This document shows, one piece after another, positions 18,185-27,988 of a stretch of DNA of 64,000 bases (position 1 is the stretch's first letter; each line of letters opens with the position of its first letter). Under the pieces are notes generated by a model. That model was not told where the DNA came from and searched no databases. It was given only the letters and a program-made list of their open reading frames with translations. This DNA comes from Patescibacteria group bacterium (GTDB lineage: Bacteria > Patescibacteriota > Doudnabacteria > UBA920 > VMFF01), in assembly GCA_038065615.1 (NCBI GenBank), contig JBBTQQ010000005.1, positions 7,984 through 71,983 on the forward strand, given 5' to 3'. The position numbers and the translations under genes were made by a program.

Positions 18185-20413
18185 CTATTCCTTTTTCTTT
18201 TTGTAAAATCTTTTCTTTCCTGTTTTCTTAGGTTTTGCTTTTTGTTCTTCCCAAAGCGTTTTAAGCTCTTCTTCAGTTTGCGGTTTCTTGTTTATGATGA
18301 AATCACAATCAGGATATCTAGAGCAGGAATAGAAAGGCTGACCACGTCCACGAGCTTTCTTTTCAACAACCTCTCCAATACCACAGCTCGGGCATTTAAA
18401 ACCAATCTTAGTTAAAATCTTTTTAATTCCTTTGCACTCTGGATATTTAGCACAACCTAAGAAGAAACCAAATCTTCCGCGTTGTATTTTCATAGGTCCG
18501 CTACAGATAGGGCAGAGCTCTCCTTTTGTTTTCTCTTCCAGCTCTTTGATCTTTGCTTCTTCTTCAGGCATTGGTTTTGTAATCTTTTCACCCTCAGGAC
18601 ATGCCAAGAATTTTCCAAACCTCCCGTATTTTATGATCATTGGTTTACCACAATGAGGGCAAGGAGTGTCAGAAACAGTAACCTGTTTTTCAACCTCTTC
18701 GTTTTTTACATCCAAATGTTTTTTAAAGGGTTCGTAAAACTCTTTAATAACAGGTTGCCATTCAATCTTTCCCTCAGCGATTTCATCAAGCTCATCTTCC
18801 ATCTTTGCGGTAAAACCAATGTCTATGACTTCAGGGAAGTGTTCAACCAAAAGATCATTAACCAAAAACCCTATTTCAGTCGGATTATACTTTTTATCAA
18901 TCTTTTCAACATATTCACGATCTTGAATTGTAGAAAGAGTAGGCGCATATGTTGAAGGTCTGCCAATACCGTGTCCTTCCAAGGCTTTAATCAAAGTAGC
19001 ATCAGAATATCTTGGAGGTGGTTCTGTAAAATGTTGATTAGGAACAAGCTCTGAAAGCTCCAAAGACTCGCCGTTAGAAAGTTCAGGTAACTGTCCTTCT
19101 ACCTCTGATTCTTCATCATCTCGTCCCTCAGTGTATGCTTTAATGAAACCTTCAAACTTAACAACCTGTCCATTTGCTCTAAAACCATATTTCTTAGAAG
19201 ATTTACCATTGCTTTCAATGTCTACGGCAGTTGCATCAAAAACAGCTTGTGCCATTTGGCTTGCAACAGTTCTTTTCCAAATTAAATCATAGATTTTTTG
19301 CTGTCCACGATCCAAGAAAGAACGAACCACATCAGGATGACGCATTAAATCAGTTGGCCGGATTGCTTCGTGTGCTTCCTGTGCATTTTTTGATTTGTTG
19401 CTATATCTCCTTGCTTGACCATGGTAATATGTTTTTCCAAAACGGGATTCAATGACCTCTACTGCTTGTTTTAAAGCAAACTCAGAAAGATTAACAGAGT
19501 CAGTACGCATGTAAGTGATTAAACCAGTTGAACCTTCTTCTCCAATATCAATACCTTCATAGAGCTGTTGAGCTATGACCATTGTTTGTTTTGCAGACAT
19601 ACCAAACTTTCGAGCTGCTTCTTGTTGCAAAGTTGATGTTGTAAAAGGCGCTGCTGGATTTCTGTTGACTTCTTTCTTTTCTATTTCAGTGACTGTATAC
19701 TTTGCACCATCTAAATCTGAAATTACTTTGTTTGCAGAAACATCTTTTACAATATCAAACTTTTCAACAGTCTTTTCATCAATTCGGTTTAGCTTTGCCG
19801 GAAAAGAAGCCTTGTCCTTAGAAAACAAAGCATCAATACTCCAATATTCTTCTTTAACAAACTTTTCAATTTCTCTTTCTCGTTCAACAATTAAACGTAA
19901 AGCAACAGACTGAACCCTTCCAGCTGACAAACCATAACGGACTTTTTTCCAGATGAAAGGGGAGAGTCCATAACCAACCAAGCGATCTAAGATTCTACGC
20001 GCTTGCTGGGCATCAACTAAATGCATGTCTAAATTACGGGGATGTGCTAGAGCTTCATCAATCGCGCTTTTAGTAATTTCATGAAATACAATTCTTTTTG
20101 GTTCTTTGTCTTTAAGTTTTAAGGCAGAAACTAGGTGCCAAGAGATTGCTTCTCCTTCGCGGTCTTCATCAGTTGCCAGAATAACTTCAGTTGCTTTATC
20201 TGCTTTAGCTTTTAATTCACTGATTATTTTTTTCGCTTTGACAGGAACAATATATGTAGGTTCAAAGTTATTTTCAATATCAATACCCATCTTGCTTTTA
20301 GGAAGATCTCTAACATGTCCGAAAGATGCTTGAACGTCAAAATCCTTTCCCAAGAAACGGGAAATTGTTTTTGCTTTAGTCGGGGACTCAACAATTACTA
20401 ATGTTTTTTTCAT
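18185..20413 (-). CDS. topA: DNA topoisomerase I
   Basis: 742 aa; TOPRIM N-terminus, catalytic Tyr region, C-terminal C4 zinc ribbons, lysine-rich tail. Confidence 0.95.
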   Translation of the reverse strand: MKKTLVIVESPTKAKTISRFLGKDFDVQASFGHVRDLPKSKMGIDIENNFEPTYIVPVKAKKIISELKAKADKATEVILATDEDREGEAISWHLVSALKLKDKEPKRIVFHEITKSAIDEALAHPRNLDMHLVDAQQARRILDRLVGYGLSPFIWKKVRYGLSAGRVQSVALRLIVEREREIEKFVKEEYWSIDALFSKDKASFPAKLNRIDEKTVEKFDIVKDVSANKVISDLDGAKYTVTEIEKKEVNRNPAAPFTTSTLQQEAARKFGMSAKQTMVIAQQLYEGIDIGEEGSTGLITYMRTDSVNLSEFALKQAVEVIESRFGKTYYHGQARRYSNKSKNAQEAHEAIRPTDLMRHPDVVRSFLDRGQQKIYDLIWKRTVASQMAQAVFDATAVDIESNGKSSKKYGFRANGQVVKFEGFIKAYTEGRDDEESEVEGQLPELSNGESLELSELVPNQHFTEPPPRYSDATLIKALEGHGIGRPSTYAPTLSTIQDREYVEKIDKKYNPTEIGFLVNDLLVEHFPEVIDIGFTAKMEDELDEIAEGKIEWQPVIKEFYEPFKKHLDVKNEEVEKQVTVSDTPCPHCGKPMIIKYGRFGKFLACPEGEKITKPMPEEEAKIKELEEKTKGELCPICSGPMKIQRGRFGFFLGCAKYPECKGIKKILTKIGFKCPSCGIGEVVEKKARGRGQPFYSCSRYPDCDFIINKKPQTEEELKTLWEEQKAKPKKTGKKRFYKKKKE

Positions 20414-20891
20414 CCACTCTATATATTAGTTGCAGAAACGGCGCTAATTACTTTAAGAGTTTAACTATATGTTTCAAAGGTTGTCAAATATACCTCAAAA
20501 AAACAACCCATAACTATAATCCCTAATATCTGGGTGTGATATACTACTAAATGCGAAGAAAAGGCAATAAACAAAGGGGGTTTAGTACCGTTGACAAAGT
20601 AAGGGTACTGTGTTAAATTACAGTGTTAGTTGGTCCTTTATATATATTTCATCCAGCCCCCTATTTGCGAGTAGCGAAAATAGATATGAATCCCTCCTAC
20701 TATTTGTAAGTAGCTATCAAGTAAAGGTTGGCAGCGTTTGTTGTCTTCCTTTCACTCGTAAATAGGGTATTGTATGAAATATTAAAGCGCTTTTGCGCTT
20801 TTTTGTTTTTATGGTATATTAAGTTGCTCACTCACACACGAGAGAGAGGCGCCGTGGCCAGACACACGGTAAAACTCGCAGGAGGTTTGCG

Positions 20892-21821
20892 ATGTCGGTA
20901 TCAGACGTTGCGGGCCGGGACAATGTCCCGTCGAGTGCAACCCCGAACATCCGTCACGATGACGGACAGGGCTTGGAATTTCACGACGCGTTGGTTCGTG
21001 CTGGCTTGACCAGGCATGACCGACAGCATGTGATCAGTTCCAAGGGGAACCTTGTTGCCCAGTCTATCGTCATGGGCATCAGGGTTGTCGCCCAGCAGGA
21101 ACGCGATCTGAAGTGGCGGGACCCGAGGGCCTGGTCTGTATCCTCGGATTGTGGATATCCGGAGAGCTTGTCTTTCCGGAGCCACGAGACCCAGGTTCGG
21201 GTTTACAAGCAGCTGTTCGGAAATCTCGATGGTTCGCACGTCGACCAGATCATTCGGAATACAGCGTTCCCAGAAGAAGCAGATCTCTGGGCTGTGATTC
21301 CCAAGCCTTGGGTCATTGCTGAGGATGTTTTCTCGGCAATGCGCCTGATGGTCGAGAAGCTCTCCGAGCTCGGGATCGTGGTTGAGAACAAGGCTGCGTA
21401 CGAGATGGACGAGGCGCACATGCACCTCATCACCAAGATGCAGATGTTCTACGCCAAGCAACACAACCACCCCGGCGACTTCATCGTACTTCCTGTCCAG
21501 TTCGGCAAGAACTGGGCCGGGCACTCGCTGGTTTCGTCCAAGGCGCAGCACAGCATCGAGGAGTTCTCGTTGGATCCGTATGCCATCTTGGCGTTGCTCT
21601 ACACGCATCCAGAACGACTGCGGGGCGAACATCAGGAACTCGGCATCCGCTGTGGCGGGGTCCTGCTGGATCGACACCACGATGACCACGACGAAGTGAC
21701 CGGTGATCACCATCTCTGCTTCCGCTGGTTCCGCGATGGGTTGCTGATCTCAGCAGACCACGGCATGTGGGACCGCGAAGCGGCCTTGGGCATCCCGACT
21801 GGCTTCGACATCGACATCTAA
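20892..21821 (+). CDS. hypothetical His-rich protein encoded in a high-GC island
   Basis: 309 aa ORF with AGGAGG RBS 8 nt upstream of the ATG; GC markedly higher than flanks; long antisense ORF 20901-21713 considered an artefact of GC richness. Confidence 0.55.
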   Translation: MSVSDVAGRDNVPSSATPNIRHDDGQGLEFHDALVRAGLTRHDRQHVISSKGNLVAQSIVMGIRVVAQQERDLKWRDPRAWSVSSDCGYPESLSFRSHETQVRVYKQLFGNLDGSHVDQIIRNTAFPEEADLWAVIPKPWVIAEDVFSAMRLMVEKLSELGIVVENKAAYEMDEAHMHLITKMQMFYAKQHNHPGDFIVLPVQFGKNWAGHSLVSSKAQHSIEEFSLDPYAILALLYTHPERLRGEHQELGIRCGGVLLDRHHDDHDEVTGDHHLCFRWFRDGLLISADHGMWDREAALGIPTGFDIDI

Positions 21822-21825
21822 CACG

Positions 21826-21888
21826 ACGCAAAAGGCGCGGGTTCTGCAAGACTAACTATCTTGTAGAATCCGCGCCGCTTCGTTTTTT
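21826..21888 (+). terminator. terminator of the high-GC island gene
   Basis: GGCGCGG...CCGCGCC stem followed by T-run. Confidence 0.45.
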
Positions 21889-21899
21889 ATATATCTTCT

Positions 21900-22430
21900 T
21901 TAAACCTTTTCTTTTAACTCCAGAAGAACTCTTGCTTTAATACTTTCAAAAGGAATTTGTTCTAACTCTTCATCTGAAAAATCTTGCAAGACAAAAGCAT
22001 CTGTCGGCATATGTTCCTTGTTCTCTCTGCTTTCAACACCAATTCGTATTCTTCGAAACTCCTTAGTACCAAGATAGTCGATTAATGAGGTAACTCCGTT
22101 GTGTCCTGCTGATCCTGAGTTGTCTGTAAACTTAATTGTCCCTAAAGGTAAATCTACATCGTCATGCAAAACCACAATATCCTTTGGTGTTAGCTTGTAG
22201 AAATCAAGAACCTGTTTTACAGCTTTTCCAGAGTCATTCATAAAGGTCTGAGGGAAAATGAAAAAAGTTTTTCCCGGCATATGTATTTCACAAATCTTTG
22301 AGTCAAAACTTGAATTACAAGAGATTGTTTGTAGTTCTTTCAAGATATGATCCAAAGCCAAGAACCCGACATTGTGTCGGTTGTTTTTGTATTTCTCACC
22401 AGGATTTCCAAGCCCAATGATTACCTGCAT
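21900..22430 (-). CDS. pth: peptidyl-tRNA hydrolase
   Basis: MQVIIGLGNPG...NRHNVGF signature. Confidence 0.9.
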   Translation of the reverse strand: MQVIIGLGNPGEKYKNNRHNVGFLALDHILKELQTISCNSSFDSKICEIHMPGKTFFIFPQTFMNDSGKAVKQVLDFYKLTPKDIVVLHDDVDLPLGTIKFTDNSGSAGHNGVTSLIDYLGTKEFRRIRIGVESRENKEHMPTDAFVLQDFSDEELEQIPFESIKARVLLELKEKV

Positions 22431-22433
22431 ATA

Positions 22434-23798
22434 TTAGTAGTTTACCATTTTTTCATTAAATTTTGGATTACCACGTTTTGCTTGTAGCTTTAAGATGATT
22501 GGAGTGCCCCAAAAGCCAAGCTCTTTCATAATAGAGTTTTGAATGAATTTTCTAAACTGCATTGAGATTGCAGAAGGTTCATTAACCATCATTAAGAAAA
22601 CCGGGGGATTAGTGCTTGTTTGTTGTAGGGAATATACTTTTGGAACTCTCTCATCTCTAAGTCTTTGTGGCTGTCTAATCTTTTGTTTAGCGTAGAAAAA
22701 GTCTTTTAAGGTTTGACTATCAATTTCTTTTTTTCGGTTTACTTCAATAGTTAGAATATAGTCCAAGACTTCTTTGACACCCTCTCCGTCTTTTGCTGAG
22801 ATTGGAACAGCAGGAGCCCACCAAAGGAAAGGGAAGTAATCAGGAAGTTGTGAAAAGAGCTTTTCTTTTTTCTTTGGAGCAAGTAAATCAATCTTGTTTG
22901 CAACCAAAACAAATCCTTTAGATGCTTCAACTATTTCTCCTGCAATTCTTTGATCTTGCTGGGAGATACTTTCTGAAGCATCAATCATAAACAAACAAAC
23001 ATCAGCTTTACGCATTGCACGTATTGTTTGAAGAGCCGCATATATATCAGGTAGCGGTTGATTCTTGTCTTTTCGTTTTAATCCAGCAGTGTCTAAGAAC
23101 TTAATCTTGTGTCCTTTGTAAGTTATATCAGTATCAACAACATTTCTTGTTGTTCCTGGAACACTTGAAACAACAACTCTTTCTTCACCAATGATTTTGT
23201 TAAACAAAGAAGATTTACCAACATTTGGTTTACCAAGAATTGCAACGGATATAGTGGAGGGGTCTTTTTCAATTTGTCCAAAGCCTTGTTTTTTCAAAGA
23301 ATCGGTAATGCCATCAAGCAAATCTCCAGTACCCATTCCTGAAACTGCAGAGATTGGAAAAATATTTTTAAATCCAGTAAAAGAATATTCAGAAACCATC
23401 TCAACAAACTTTTTAGGAGAGTCAATCTTGTTAATAACCAGGAGAACATCTTTCTTTTGTTTCCTTAGTTTTAACATAATGTTTCTGTTGATTGAGTCAG
23501 CAGGTTTTTTACCATCCAAAACATAAAGGATTAAATCAGCTTCACTGATTGCAATCTCAACTTGCTTTTGAATATTTTTCTCTAGCTCATCGCGTTGTTC
23601 CAGGATTATTCCAGCAGTATCAATCAAAGAGAAATCAACTGCATTCCAAGTAGCAGGAGCATAAAAACGATCACGGGTTGTTCCAGCAACTGAAGATGTT
23701 AAAGCAATTCTTGCTTCAACAAGTTTGTTCATTAATGTTGATTTTCCTACATTTGGTTCTCCGATAATTGCAACCAATGCTTCTCTTTCGTTAGACAT
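22434..23798 (-). CDS. der: ribosome-associated GTPase Der (EngA)
   Basis: Two tandem G domains (GEPNVGKS and GKPNVGKS P-loops) plus KH-like C-terminus. Confidence 0.9.
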   Translation of the reverse strand: MSNEREALVAIIGEPNVGKSTLMNKLVEARIALTSSVAGTTRDRFYAPATWNAVDFSLIDTAGIILEQRDELEKNIQKQVEIAISEADLILYVLDGKKPADSINRNIMLKLRKQKKDVLLVINKIDSPKKFVEMVSEYSFTGFKNIFPISAVSGMGTGDLLDGITDSLKKQGFGQIEKDPSTISVAILGKPNVGKSSLFNKIIGEERVVVSSVPGTTRNVVDTDITYKGHKIKFLDTAGLKRKDKNQPLPDIYAALQTIRAMRKADVCLFMIDASESISQQDQRIAGEIVEASKGFVLVANKIDLLAPKKKEKLFSQLPDYFPFLWWAPAVPISAKDGEGVKEVLDYILTIEVNRKKEIDSQTLKDFFYAKQKIRQPQRLRDERVPKVYSLQQTSTNPPVFLMMVNEPSAISMQFRKFIQNSIMKELGFWGTPIILKLQAKRGNPKFNEKMVNY

Positions 23799-23800
23799 AG

Positions 23801-25186
23801 CTATTTACCTCCTGCGACAAAAAGCACCAGGTCGACTCTTGCAGTCATACTTTCTGGCTTTGGCAAAGCTTTTGTGCTTACTAATTGTTGAATATATGTA
23901 ATAGTGGCGGGTTTGTCTTCATTAACCTTGTAAAAAGCACTGTTGCTTAGCGGTAACCCTCGGTATGGTACTTCATAAACAACAACACCTGCGTTAACTA
24001 ATTGTTTTTTGATTAAGTTGTAATACTCAGGATCTCTCCCCGCGTTTTCTAAGATTAAAGAAGCAGACTCTGTTTTAACAGCTGTGTTACTGAAACTGTT
24101 TTTAAAGTATGTTTGCACTTGATTAGTTGTCACTCCTTCACATGGGAAGATTACATAACCAACTTCTTCTTTCACTCCATCACAAAACATTCCTGCTTCT
24201 AAGTCAATGCTCTCTGAAGTAATTTTAACTTCAGGAGATTTTAATATCTCAGCAAGATGTAGTAATTCGCTTGGTTCGACATTTGTGTGAGCACGATCTG
24301 CAAGAATATCTAAGAGATCATTGATTGTTCCTGAGCTTGAAAGAATACCTAAGTCTTGAACCTTGGTTTTAAAAGCGTCTAAAACTTTTGCTTGACGTAT
24401 GCTTCTAGCAATATCTGAGTCTTCTAAATTCGTGCCGTGTCTTGAACGAACAAATTGCAAAGCTCTTGTACCACTCATTTTTTCAAGACCTTTGTTAAAA
24501 ACCAAGGTTGGTAAGTATCCAAACGTATCATTTGGATATTGGCTGTCTGTAAAACTGGTATCAATCTGAACATCAATACCACCTAAGCGATCAACTGCTT
24601 TTTCAAAACCTTTAAAATCAATACTAGCAAAATATGGAATGGTTAGCCCTGTAATTTTGTCAGCAGCTTTTAAAGCTTTTTCTCCTGCTTCATTAAAATC
24701 ATGGCGTGGTTGATATCCAGCAGCAAAAGCAAAATTAATCTTTTGTTTTCCGTCTTCCCAGTAGTAATCGCGGGGGAGAGAGGTCAGAGCAACCTGTTTA
24801 GTTTCAGGATTAATGCTTGCAAGAATAATAGTGTCAGTTAAAAACGGACCATCGTGTCCTTCACCACCATACCCAAGAAGTAAAATATTAATCCTTCCTT
24901 CTGATTCTCCTTTGAGAGACGACGTGCTTCCTGAAAACACCAAAGTAGTTACCTTTTTAAAGAAAGAAGATTTATGTACAAAAACTTTGCTTCCAAAAGA
25001 ATATGCTTTAGAAAAAAGAACTCCTAAGATGATGCATAGGATAATCAGGGCTGGCCAGAATATTCTTGGGAACCAGCGCCTTTTTGTTTGTGGTTGTATA
25101 TCTTGAAATTGTTGCATAGTAGCTTGGTTAGTATATCTGAAAATGAGCCTTTTGCGAAGCAAAAGAACCCTCTTAAACGCTTGCAA
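23801..25186 (-). CDS. LCP family protein (LytR-CpsA-Psr), cell-envelope glycopolymer transferase
   Basis: TM anchor, LCP core (LLLGYGG..TDTIILASINP..LPRDYY), C-terminal LytR_C-like domain; start codon choice uncertain. Confidence 0.8.
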   Translation of the reverse strand: MQAFKRVLLLRKRLIFRYTNQATMQQFQDIQPQTKRRWFPRIFWPALIILCIILGVLFSKAYSFGSKVFVHKSSFFKKVTTLVFSGSTSSLKGESEGRINILLLGYGGEGHDGPFLTDTIILASINPETKQVALTSLPRDYYWEDGKQKINFAFAAGYQPRHDFNEAGEKALKAADKITGLTIPYFASIDFKGFEKAVDRLGGIDVQIDTSFTDSQYPNDTFGYLPTLVFNKGLEKMSGTRALQFVRSRHGTNLEDSDIARSIRQAKVLDAFKTKVQDLGILSSSGTINDLLDILADRAHTNVEPSELLHLAEILKSPEVKITSESIDLEAGMFCDGVKEEVGYVIFPCEGVTTNQVQTYFKNSFSNTAVKTESASLILENAGRDPEYYNLIKKQLVNAGVVVYEVPYRGLPLSNSAFYKVNEDKPATITYIQQLVSTKALPKPESMTARVDLVLFVAGGK

Positions 25187-25254
25187 TACTTAAAAAGAAC
25201 AGGTATATTGAATTAGTTAAGTTCTACTTTTTAGCTCTAGGTGGCGACTGTTTT

Positions 25255-25331
25255 GGACGATTAGCTCAGCTGGTTAGAGCGCACCGTTCACATCGGTGAG
25301 GTCAAAGGTTCGAGTCCTTTATCGTCCACCA
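25255..25331 (+). tRNA. tRNA-Val (anticodon CAC)
   Basis: GGACGATTAGCTCAGCTGGTTAGAGC..anticodon loop TTCACAT..GGTTCGAGTCC..ATCGTCCACCA. Confidence 0.85.
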
Positions 25332-25349
25332 AAGTTTCAAACAAAAAAC

Positions 25350-25967
25350 ATGCAAACAGATCCAGAACAACAGAATACAGAAAACCAGGAAACTGAAAGC
25401 GGTTTTAAAGAACTCGGACTTTTTGTTTGGGATTTGGTTAAGGTTTTAATAATCGCGATGGCGATAATCCTACCGATTAGATATGCTGTAGCTCAACCTT
25501 TCATTGTTTCCGGTTCTTCCATGGAACCAACTTTCTATTCTGGTGAATACTTAATCATCAATGAATGGACATATCATTTCGACAATCCACAAAGAGGCGA
25601 TGTAGTAGTTTTTAAATATCCTAAAGACACAAGTCAATATTTCATAAAAAGAATAATTGCATTACCTGGTGAAAGAGTTAAGATAGAGGAAGATAACGTC
25701 ATTATTTACAACAAAGAACATCCAAACGGATGGGTGTTAGATGAATCATACATTCCTTCGTCAGACACAACTCTTCCAGTAGGTGATGGTATGACAACAT
25801 TGGGAAGCAATGAGTACTATGTTTTGGGAGACAATCGACTAGCATCATCTGATTCTCGTTTCTGGGGGCCAGTCCCTAAAAATGACATCATCGGAAAAGT
25901 TTTTGTCAGAGCTTTTCCTTTCAGTGACTTAAAGAAATTTGAAACAATTGAATACGGGGTTAAATAA
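25350..25967 (+). CDS. lepB: signal peptidase I
   Basis: SGSSMEPT Ser box and GDNRLASSDSRFWG box; start set at ATG 25350 because the track start lies inside the tRNA. Confidence 0.85.
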   Translation: MQTDPEQQNTENQETESGFKELGLFVWDLVKVLIIAMAIILPIRYAVAQPFIVSGSSMEPTFYSGEYLIINEWTYHFDNPQRGDVVVFKYPKDTSQYFIKRIIALPGERVKIEEDNVIIYNKEHPNGWVLDESYIPSSDTTLPVGDGMTTLGSNEYYVLGDNRLASSDSRFWGPVPKNDIIGKVFVRAFPFSDLKKFETIEYGVK

Positions 25968-25968
25968 T

Positions 25969-27273
25969 ATGAATATAAAGAAAAAAACAACAGTTTCTCA
26001 ATCAAGCAAACCACAATCACTTCCTGGCTTAGCCGATATTATTCCAGGACAGGATAATTACTGGGATTTTGTAAGCTCTCATCTTCAAAGAATTGCTCGT
26101 GGTTATGGTTTCAACAGAATTGAAATGCCACTCCTTGAAAATATTAGTTTGTACGCTCAAACAGAATTCGCAGAAAACAATGAAGCGGTTGATTTTGTAG
26201 ACAACAGCGCAACCAAAATTGCTGTTAGAGCAGCAAGCATGCCATCTCTGATGCGTGCTTTTCATGAATACAAAATTCCGGAAGGACACAAGGTTTCAAA
26301 ATGGTACTACCTGTCTCCGGTTTTAAGCTATGACCAGAAACAAAAGCAATACATTTCTTCTTGGCAATATGGTTTTGAAATGTTTGGCGAGTTTTCTCCT
26401 TTAAACGAGGTTCAGATGATTAGCTTGCTTTGGAAGTTCTTCAAAGCAATAGGTTTACAAAATGTTTCTTTGGAGATAGACAGCTTGGGTGACGAAGCTT
26501 GCAAAGGACAATACGAGGAAGCATTAACCGGATACTTACAAAGCAAGAAATATGAACTCTGCAATGATTGTGTGGCTGCAATTGAAGAGTTCCCAATGCA
26601 GGTTTTCAGATGCAACAACCTAGAGTGCAAAACCGTTGCAACAGACGCTCCACAATCAGTGGATTTCTTAGACACTGCTTGCCACAAACATCTTACAAAT
26701 GTTTTAGAAGGATTAGATGAGTTGGGAATAATGTACGCGTTAAATCCAATGCTTGCTGGAAAAAAAGGAACATCTAAAACAACCTTTGCTTTCAAACACA
26801 CAGAAACAACTCCAACAGGAACAGTAGACAGATTTCTAGGAGAGGGAGCATACCATGATCAGATATATAAAGAACTGACCGGCAAAAATGTTGTTTGTTT
26901 TGGTTTTCATTCAAACATTGAAAGTTTACAAAAAGCAGTTAAAGAACAAAAACAAGAACAGATCGAAACATTAGCTGTAGCAAAAGCAGAGGTTTTCTTA
27001 GCACCACTTGGTGATCTTGCTTCTAAGAAAGCCATAAAGCTATTCTCAGAACTTTGGGATGCACAGGTTTCAGTTCATGATCATTTCGGAGGAGAGGGTG
27101 TCAAAAATCAACTTAAACTAGCAGAGGGATCAAAAGCCATGATTGCTTTAATCATTGGACAAAAAGAAGCTATGGATGACATGGTTATTCTAAGAGATGT
27201 TAAATCAGGAATGCAGGAAGTTTTTAGATATGACCAAATAATTGAAGAGGTTAAAAAAAGATTGGGGAAATAG
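25969..27273 (+). CDS. histidyl-tRNA synthetase-like paralog with degenerate catalytic motifs (HisZ-like/pseudo-HisRS) retaining an anticodon-binding domain
   Basis: Class II aaRS core aligns to HisRS (GFNRIEMPLLE, motif-2 region reads WYYLSPVLSYDQKQKQYISSW instead of FRYERPQKGRYREF); C-terminal anticodon-binding-like domain present. Confidence 0.55.
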   Translation: MNIKKKTTVSQSSKPQSLPGLADIIPGQDNYWDFVSSHLQRIARGYGFNRIEMPLLENISLYAQTEFAENNEAVDFVDNSATKIAVRAASMPSLMRAFHEYKIPEGHKVSKWYYLSPVLSYDQKQKQYISSWQYGFEMFGEFSPLNEVQMISLLWKFFKAIGLQNVSLEIDSLGDEACKGQYEEALTGYLQSKKYELCNDCVAAIEEFPMQVFRCNNLECKTVATDAPQSVDFLDTACHKHLTNVLEGLDELGIMYALNPMLAGKKGTSKTTFAFKHTETTPTGTVDRFLGEGAYHDQIYKELTGKNVVCFGFHSNIESLQKAVKEQKQEQIETLAVAKAEVFLAPLGDLASKKAIKLFSELWDAQVSVHDHFGGEGVKNQLKLAEGSKAMIALIIGQKEAMDDMVILRDVKSGMQEVFRYDQIIEEVKKRLGK

Positions 27274-27274
27274 C

Positions 27275-27607
27275 ATGGAAGAATGTGTATTTTGTAAAAT
27301 CGTAAACAAAGAAGAACCAACTGAACGAATCATATTTGAAGATCAGGATTTTTTGGTTTTTCCCTCAAAGTTTCCATCAGCAGAAACACATCTTTTGTTA
27401 ATCCCTAAAAAACATATTCTTTCAATGGCACATGTTTCCCAAGAAGATGCTGATACTTTAGGACGTTTACTTGTTCTTTCAAGGGAAATTGCTGAGCTAG
27501 AAAGCATAAAAGATTACAAATTGGTTTTTAACATTGGGAAATACCTGCACGTGTCACACTTGCATCTACATCTTGTAGCAGGGAATCTAGAGAACGACCG
27601 AGTTTAG
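27275..27607 (+). CDS. HIT family (histidine triad) protein
   Basis: HVSHLHLHLV histidine triad motif. Confidence 0.8.
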   Translation: MEECVFCKIVNKEEPTERIIFEDQDFLVFPSKFPSAETHLLLIPKKHILSMAHVSQEDADTLGRLLVLSREIAELESIKDYKLVFNIGKYLHVSHLHLHLVAGNLENDRV

Positions 27608-27618
27608 CAAAGAAGAAA

Positions 27619-27650
27619 TAATGTCGCCATAATAGGGCGGCATTTTTGTT
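27619..27650 (+). terminator. rho-independent terminator
   Basis: ATGTCGCCataataGGGCGGCATTTTTGTTTT. Confidence 0.55.
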
Positions 27651-27745
27651 TTAAAGAGAATCGCTCATTTGACCAAAGCCCATATTTGGGGTATATTCAT
27701 ATCAGTTTTAATCAGTTTTTACATCCTTAGAAGGGGGTGACAGTA

Positions 27746-27982
27746 GTGGTAGAAGTTAAAAAGAAAGAAGGCGAGTCATTCGAAAGTTTACTCAGAAGAT
27801 TTAACCGCAAAATACAACAAAGCGGTGTTTTAGTGCGTGCTAGAAAAACAAGATTTTTCGAGCCAGTAAAAAGCAAGCGATTTGTCAGAGAAGACGCTCG
27901 TAGACGCGCTGATTTAAAAGAGAAAAGAGAAGAGTTAAAAAAATCAGGTAAATTACCTATTAAAAAGTACGGTAGATATTAA
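27746..27982 (+). CDS. rpsU: 30S ribosomal protein S21
   Basis: ESFESLLRRFNRKIQQSGVL..ARKTRFFEP matches bS21; GTG start with AAGGGGG RBS; TTGACC/TATATT promoter near 27669-27697. Confidence 0.85.
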   Translation: MVEVKKKEGESFESLLRRFNRKIQQSGVLVRARKTRFFEPVKSKRFVREDARRRADLKEKREELKKSGKLPIKKYGRY

Positions 27983-27988
27983 ACCCTC

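Noticed and set aside
20901-21713. 270-aa minus-strand ORF covering the high-GC island
   Set aside because: Long antisense ORFs are expected in GC-rich DNA; the plus-strand ORF has a canonical AGGAGG RBS and downstream terminator, the minus-strand one has neither
25296-25349. Track start of lepB inside tRNA-Val
   Set aside because: Start lies within the tRNA; internal ATG at 25350 gives a typical signal peptidase N-terminus
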